The notes under the pieces are model-generated. The model saw only the letters and a list, made by a program, of their open reading frames with translations. It had not been told where the DNA came from and searched no databases. From Candidatus Latescibacterota bacterium (lineage in GTDB: Bacteria; Latescibacterota; UBA2968), in contig OZ240241.1 in assembly GCA_965198115.1 (NCBI GenBank), forward strand, positions 2,976,001-3,040,000: DNA of 64,000 nt. The letters are read 5' to 3'. The translations under genes and the position numbers were made by a program. The first letter of the stretch is position 1, and every line of letters starts with the position of its first letter. Below are positions 58,672 through 64,000 of the stretch, in pieces.

Positions 58672-60104
58672 TTCCCCGCCTGGATCGCGAACAATCGGTT
58701 TCGAGTCGCAAGGTAGAGCACGCCATTGGCGAACACGGGCGTCGTGTAGACCGCGCTCCCCATGTTCGTCTCGAACAGCAACTCCAATTCCCTTCCCGCC
58801 TTGAGCACGGCGACATCACCGTCCTCATCGCCGATCAGCACTTTTCCATCCCCCGAAAAAGGCGATCCCCAGATAGCCGCGAACGTATCGTAGCGCCAGA
58901 GCGGCTTTCCCGTTTTGAGATCGATCCCGTAAACGAACCCGCTCAGATCCGCGGCGTAGAGGAGACCGTCCCGGATCGACACCGTCGATATCGTGCGGTT
59001 GTAGTGCTCGTCACCCACGTGCCACACGGCGTGGGTCTCAGTCACGTCCCCTTTTCCGGTCGCGTCGATCGCCCACAAGTGGCCGATGCCCTCTCCGTGT
59101 TCGGGGTCCTGACCGACGCCGATGAACACCTTGTCGTCATAGAAGACCGGGGTCCCGATCAGGGCGTTGCGTGTGCCACGCCCCCCGAGCTCCCAGACCG
59201 AATCCTTCGGATTACAGTCGAACTTCCAAACCAATTTTCCCGTCTCTGCTTCGAGCGCATACAACCATCCGTCCCCACCGGGCATGAACACCTGCCCCTC
59301 ACCATTCACGACCCCGTATGCGGGGCTCGCCCACTGGCCGTGGAGAATGTTCTCGCCGGGCAAACCGTTCTCCCAGACCAGCTTACCGGTCTTTTTGTCG
59401 AGGGCGATGAAACTTGGGGCAAAAGGGGCCGGGATGGCCACGTGACCCTCGTCGACACCGTTACTCGTAACCAGGAAAAGCAGGTCACCCGCACCCACGG
59501 GGGAGCTCGTCGCCAGGTTGTGCGGGAACACGGTTAGCTCTTCGATCATATCGTAGGCCCAGATCACGTCACCGTCGATTGCTGTCGTGTCTGATTCGTC
59601 CGTAAAAGGACCGTCGTTCACACCGTCCCTGAACCCTTCCGTGTCGATACAGACGACCTGGCACTGGTTGGACACATAATAAAGACGGTCGTCCTCGATG
59701 TAGGGCGTCGAGCAGATCCCCTGCTGGGGCCAGTCGTTGACGCGACCGGCCGACAACTTCGTGTGGGTCATCTGCCATAGGAAGGCGCCGGTCGATTCAT
59801 CGAAGGCCATGATGACCCCGCGATCTCCCGCCAGCTTGGGATTCTTCCTCGACTGGTTGTTCGTGCCCACGAACACCTTGCCTTTGTGGACGACCGGCCC
59901 CGCATACGTCTGTGCACCGAGCTCCGCCACCCACTTCGGCGTTTCGGGGTCCCATTCCGAAGGAATACCCGTCGCATCGGTCGCCAGGTTCCGAGCCGGG
60001 GTGAACCCCCACATGGATTCTTCCGCCAGCGCCGCAGATCCGATCGCCAGAGAAACCCCCCATCCGACCAACACACACACACGCCTCACACTATTGATCA
60101 CCAT
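58668..60104 (-). CDS. Secreted PQQ-binding-like beta-propeller with acidic inserts
   Basis: Signal peptide; GICSTP, FPHN.ATSSP, HGQWASP and GQDPEHGEG motifs; repeated TG...W docking motifs. Confidence 0.87.
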   Translation of the reverse strand: MVINSVRRVCVLVGWGVSLAIGSAALAEESMWGFTPARNLATDATGIPSEWDPETPKWVAELGAQTYAGPVVHKGKVFVGTNNQSRKNPKLAGDRGVIMAFDESTGAFLWQMTHTKLSAGRVNDWPQQGICSTPYIEDDRLYYVSNQCQVVCIDTEGFRDGVNDGPFTDESDTTAIDGDVIWAYDMIEELTVFPHNLATSSPVGAGDLLFLVTSNGVDEGHVAIPAPFAPSFIALDKKTGKLVWENGLPGENILHGQWASPAYGVVNGEGQVFMPGGDGWLYALEAETGKLVWKFDCNPKDSVWELGGRGTRNALIGTPVFYDDKVFIGVGQDPEHGEGIGHLWAIDATGKGDVTETHAVWHVGDEHYNRTISTVSIRDGLLYAADLSGFVYGIDLKTGKPLWRYDTFAAIWGSPFSGDGKVLIGDEDGDVAVLKAGRELELLFETNMGSAVYTTPVFANGVLYLATRNRLFAIQAGK

Positions 60105-60110
60105 ACCCTC

Positions 60111-62297
60111 CTACCAGACCTTCAGATTGTCATAATAGACGTTCGTCGGCGAGTAACCGTAGAGCCCTGGGCTGCCCTCCTCAAGTGGCAGCGGATCCTC
60201 AGCTTCGATCGTCCACGTTGCGGGCTCTTCGAAACCCGTCCGCCAGACCTTGGCACGGACGATCGCCCGGTCGACCTCCTGGTCGACTCTCACCTTCATT
60301 GTATACCAGGTGTCCTCGTCCCAGGCGAAGTCGACCGTCTTGGCCATGCGCAGGTCAGAAAGCCACGATACGATCTGGAGTCGCTGGTGGTTCCCGAGCA
60401 AGTGTACGATGTAGCGATGGCTTATCAGGCCGACATCCGACCGCACGCGCCGATCACGAGTGCCCTTCACATCTGCCTGAATGGTGTAGCCCGACATCGA
60501 CGGGGCCCCGAAAAACACACTCGATCGGTGCAGCTTGATCGGAGACGGGGGCTTCATCAGGACCCGTCCCTCTCCGGTGTCGATCGCCCTGAATTTTCGG
60601 AATCCCCCGACTAGAAACGACGGCTGGGTCCCCAGCTCGAGCGCCTCGAAGTCTTCGTAGTAAGGCAGCCACGGACTGACGCGGACCCGCGCCGTGGCTT
60701 CGAAGTCGCCGGTGCTGAACGTGACCCGGCCCGTCTGGCCGTTCACATCGGGCGAAACGGTAAAGACACCGTCCCCTTCGACCGTCCCCTTCAATCCCTC
60801 GACCCCCCACTTCCCGGACGCCCCCCACATGTCCTGTCCTCTTTCGTTCACGTAGCGAGCCGCGAACTGAATCCGGTCGCCCGGCAAGGCGTGGATCTCC
60901 GCCGGCCGGATCTGAACGTGCGCAGGGGGAAGCGAACCATCGTAGCTCGACACGCCGGGTCGTCCCGCGTGTCGCTGTATCGATGACGGCGCGGACCCTC
61001 CCAGACAGTAGAGGCCCTCCTCGGTCGTGAAGTAGATGCGTCCGTTCGCGATCGCCGGAGACCCGTAAATCTCGGCGTGTTGACCGGGCGCACGCTCGAT
61101 CCGCTTTCGATCCAACGTGATCGGTTTTTCACCACTCACGTCGACGATCGTAAATCCACCGTTGACCTCGGGCACATAGAGCTTGCCATCGCCGTAGGCG
61201 GCGGACCCTTTTCCCACCGTTCCGACATTGTGCTCCCACAGATGCGAGCCCGTCCGCGTATCTAGGCAATGGACGTTCGCGGAGTTGTCGATCACGTAAA
61301 GCTTGCCATCGTGCAGCACGGGGGATGTATATCCGACCATGTGGTTGTCGAAACGCCAGACCTCGTTCGATCCGGTAATATCCCCCACACCGGCAAGATC
61401 GATCGCAACGACTCGACCGAGGGACGTGTTGTCGATGTTCTCTTCGCTGTGCGATGCGTAGACATACCGGCCGTCAGTCACGGGCGAAGAGTTGATACCT
61501 CGCTGGCTCAGTTTGAAACCCCAGATCTTCCGACCCGTGGCGGCATTGAGTGCGTAGATGGACCCATCGGCATCTCCGACGAGCAGGGCTCGCTGACCGC
61601 CGACCTGGGCGATGACCGGCACCGCATAGGTCGTATCCTTTGGGGGCCCACCCGGTGTCGAAATCCAGACCAGATCTCCTGTCCGCTTGTCGAACGCGAA
61701 GTAGCGATGCCGGGGAATGCCCTGCTTGCCCCAACCGGTGCTGAGGTAACTGATCAGCACGAGATCGCCCTCCACGAACGGCGTGTGTGTGCGCCCACCG
61801 TAGCCCGAAATCCGACCGTATTCCTCCGTGAGGGACTTCGACCAGACGATACGTCCATCGCGGTCGAAGCAGAAAAACAGACCGCCAACCCCGTGGGCAT
61901 AGACGTAGCCAGTCTCTGGATCCGCGGCGGGGCTCGCCCATCCGACCCTGTTGAACGGGATCGTCGTGTGAAAGACGTTGAACGAATGGTCCCAGATCAA
62001 GGCGCCGGTTTCGGCGTCGAAACAGGCCACACGCTCCTGTTCGGTCACGTCCTTCCCTGTCCGGCCGACCACGTAAACGCGCCCATCAAACACCACGGGC
62101 GTCGAACGACCCGTGAAATCCGCTCTCCAGAGAAGACTCTGGCCCTCCGTCGACCAATGGGCCGGGAGCCCCTCTTCGAGCGAGACCCCCGTCAGCAACG
62201 GGCCCCGCCAGCCGGGCCAATCGTCCGCCACCACGCCCCCCGACAGAGCTGAACAGACACCGAGCGCGGCGCACCACATCACGTATATCACCCTCAT
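60111..62297 (-). CDS. Large secreted PQQ-binding-like beta-propeller with C-terminal beta-sandwich domains
   Basis: AAGGA RBS before ATG 62297; DWPGWRGP, RVGWASP, YGGRT.TP and YGSPAIANG motifs; about 250-aa beta-rich tail ending YYDNLKVW. Confidence 0.87.
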   Translation of the reverse strand: MRVIYVMWCAALGVCSALSGGVVADDWPGWRGPLLTGVSLEEGLPAHWSTEGQSLLWRADFTGRSTPVVFDGRVYVVGRTGKDVTEQERVACFDAETGALIWDHSFNVFHTTIPFNRVGWASPAADPETGYVYAHGVGGLFFCFDRDGRIVWSKSLTEEYGRISGYGGRTHTPFVEGDLVLISYLSTGWGKQGIPRHRYFAFDKRTGDLVWISTPGGPPKDTTYAVPVIAQVGGQRALLVGDADGSIYALNAATGRKIWGFKLSQRGINSSPVTDGRYVYASHSEENIDNTSLGRVVAIDLAGVGDITGSNEVWRFDNHMVGYTSPVLHDGKLYVIDNSANVHCLDTRTGSHLWEHNVGTVGKGSAAYGDGKLYVPEVNGGFTIVDVSGEKPITLDRKRIERAPGQHAEIYGSPAIANGRIYFTTEEGLYCLGGSAPSSIQRHAGRPGVSSYDGSLPPAHVQIRPAEIHALPGDRIQFAARYVNERGQDMWGASGKWGVEGLKGTVEGDGVFTVSPDVNGQTGRVTFSTGDFEATARVRVSPWLPYYEDFEALELGTQPSFLVGGFRKFRAIDTGEGRVLMKPPSPIKLHRSSVFFGAPSMSGYTIQADVKGTRDRRVRSDVGLISHRYIVHLLGNHQRLQIVSWLSDLRMAKTVDFAWDEDTWYTMKVRVDQEVDRAIVRAKVWRTGFEEPATWTIEAEDPLPLEEGSPGLYGYSPTNVYYDNLKVW

Positions 62298-62524
62298 TTC
62301 GAATCCTTTAAACGGATGGACAACGACCCGGAAAACCTTCAGATAACCTCGAAATCGCATAAATGAATTTGAATGCAATGATATCCAGCAACGAACCCGA
62401 GATCAAGCGAAACCTCGGGCCGAAAGGTCGGACCGCAATCAAACTAATATATTGTTTTTAAATGTCTTATTCGATCGAATTCCGATACCGTAACGCCCCG
62501 ATGGGCCGACTCCCGCCTTTTCTC

Positions 62525-62553
62525 TTGACACTCACGGGGAGCCACGCGATACT
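62525..62553 (+). promoter_or_regulatory. Sigma70-type promoter
   Basis: TTGACA-N17-GATACT upstream of the response regulator. Confidence 0.7.
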
Positions 62554-62638
62554 TGAAATCTGTCTGAGAGGGGTCGAGGCCCCCTGTCCGATGACCTGTC
62601 TACATCCGACAACACCGGGCCGACGATCAGGAGGCCAG

Positions 62639-62998
62639 TTGGGTCGTATCCTCATCATGGAAGACGACGAAGCCATCCGCCTTGCCCTGAGAAAGGCCCT
62701 GACCAACGCGGGCCACGAGGTGCAGGAGGCCGGCGATGGGGCGGAGGGTGCGAAGCTCTACCGCGAGATTCCGCCACCCGACCTGATCATCACCGACATC
62801 CTCATGCCCGATCAGGATGGCTTCGAGGCCCTGCTCGACCTGAAGAACATCCTGCCCGGTGTCAAGATCATCGTTATATCCGGCAACGCGCAGGAATTCC
62901 TTCCCATCGCACGCGACCTGGGTGCCCACAAAACGTTCGCCAAGCCCTTCAAGAGTCAGGAAATCCTGTCCGCCGTCGACGACCTCCTCGCCTCCTGA
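62639..62998 (+). CDS. Single-domain response regulator (CheY-like)
   Basis: AGGAGG RBS and TTG start; EDD, DLIITDILMP.QDG, ISG and KPF motifs. Confidence 0.92.
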   Translation: MGRILIMEDDEAIRLALRKALTNAGHEVQEAGDGAEGAKLYREIPPPDLIITDILMPDQDGFEALLDLKNILPGVKIIVISGNAQEFLPIARDLGAHKTFAKPFKSQEILSAVDDLLAS

Positions 62999-63074
62999 CC
63001 CATCTCGACGGATGGGATGTTTACCCGTTCCATTCCGCAAAGACTGACGTAGGTTACCTCTCGGCTTTCCCGTT

Positions 63075-64000
63075 ATGCGACTGATCACACTCGACACCCT
63101 CGAAGAGGGGATGCAGGCCGGTCAGGATATCCGGGACGAGCACGACCGGCTCCTGCTCGGGCGCGGCGCTTCCATCAAGGGGGCGTACATTACCCGTCTG
63201 CAAAAGATGGGGATGCCCGCGCTCTACGTGATGGAAGAGGACACATCGGACATCACCTTGCCCGATGTCATCAAACCGGCCGCCAGGTCCCGTGCTATCA
63301 GCAATCTCACGCAGACATTCAACGCCGTCGAAAAGTCGATCGAAGGTTTTACCCAGAGTTCGCTCGGCGAAGCGCAGGAGCACGTCCGCTCCAAGCGCTT
63401 CATGGACACCTTCAAATCGGCGGACAGGAAAGACGGGCTCGAACAGATCGTGGGCGACGTCGACACCCTCATCGAGCAACTGATGGAAAAGGATGTCGTT
63501 GTAGGGCTCAACTCCATCAAGCTCCACGACAACTACACGTTCCAGCATTCCATCGACGTCACCATTATGGCCATCTTGCTCGCACGCAAAATCGGCTGGG
63601 ACAAAGAGCGACTCAAAACCTTCGGCGTCGGCTGCATCCTGCACGACATCGGTAAGATCTTCATCGAAAAGACGATCCTGAACAAGCCAGACCGTCTGAC
63701 CGAGGACGAATATGAGGTCATGAAAGCCCATCCCACGATGGGCTACGACTTGGTCAAGACTATCACTCCCGGGCTCGGGTATCTGATTCCTCACGTGGCT
63801 TTCCAGCACCACGAACGACAGGACGGGTCGGGCTATCCACGCGGATTGACCGGGGACAACACGCTCGGCAAGAACGAGAAAAACACGATCCACGAGTTCG
63901 GCGCCGTGGCAGCTGTTGCCGATATCTACGACATCCGACCGTCCCTATCGAGCAGGATGGCCGCCCGACCGGGTCAATGACCTGATTCGTGAGTTGAGCT
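63075..64000 (+). pseudogene. HD-GYP domain phosphodiesterase, frameshifted near 63932; runs off the window
   Basis: YTFQHS, LHDIGK and HHERQDGSGYPRGL motifs; after ADIYD the expected SDRPYR continues in a shifted frame. Confidence 0.85.

Noticed and set aside
10085-63893. Many long antisense or overlapping ORFs in the track (e.g. 10085-11206, 15761-16777, 21000-22007, 47017-48006, 61269-62252, 63054-63893)
   Set aside because: Shadow ORFs typical of high-GC codon bias; they overlap well-supported genes and show no motifs
1-64000. CRISPR array, rRNA or tRNA genes
   Set aside because: No regularly spaced repeat-spacer array, no rRNA-like sequence and no complete cloverleaf was seen

Overview
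GC-rich (~60%) chromosomal window from a diderm bacterium; the gene content (many PQQ-like beta-propellers, UxuA-like, LarA, PhyH and GH2 proteins) suggests a Latescibacterota/PVC-type organism, which is inference only. It has four parts. (1) 1-9.4 kb is a nested stack of five IS families (ISAzo13, a tandem ISL3 dimer, IS1380, IS256, IS630) around small accessory genes and two histidine-kinase 3' remnants. (2) 10-29 kb holds mostly minus-strand metabolic genes (UxuA-like, LarA-like, HAD-II, M16 peptidase, proA, Ldh_2, acyl-CoA ligase, aldose epimerase, SDR, Zn-ADH) with REP-like repeats. (3) 29-41 kb has a GH2 split by IS256, an MgtC/DUF4010 gene cut by IS1380::IS256, and envelope beta-propellers. 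(4) 41.3-62.3 kb is the main finding: a tightly coupled 17-gene minus-strand operon with three secreted PQQ-like propellers, an EhpF-like adenylating enzyme, an EhpG/LuxC-like acyl reductase, an Fe-ADH, a HemN-like radical SAM enzyme, a PaaK-like CoA ligase, a flavin-dependent halogenase, an SSS importer, a CxxC GT4, an AhpD-like protein, a thioesterase and a LolD/FtsX-type exporter. It has no phz, pqq, NRPS, PKS or carrier-protein genes in the window, and it hides a doubly coupled 12-codon ORF (MIFAKFFWNGVY). It looks like an uncharacterised pathway for a modified small molecule or cofactor. The window ends with a response regulator and a frameshifted HD-GYP gene. All family calls come from motif recognition; no database searches were run.
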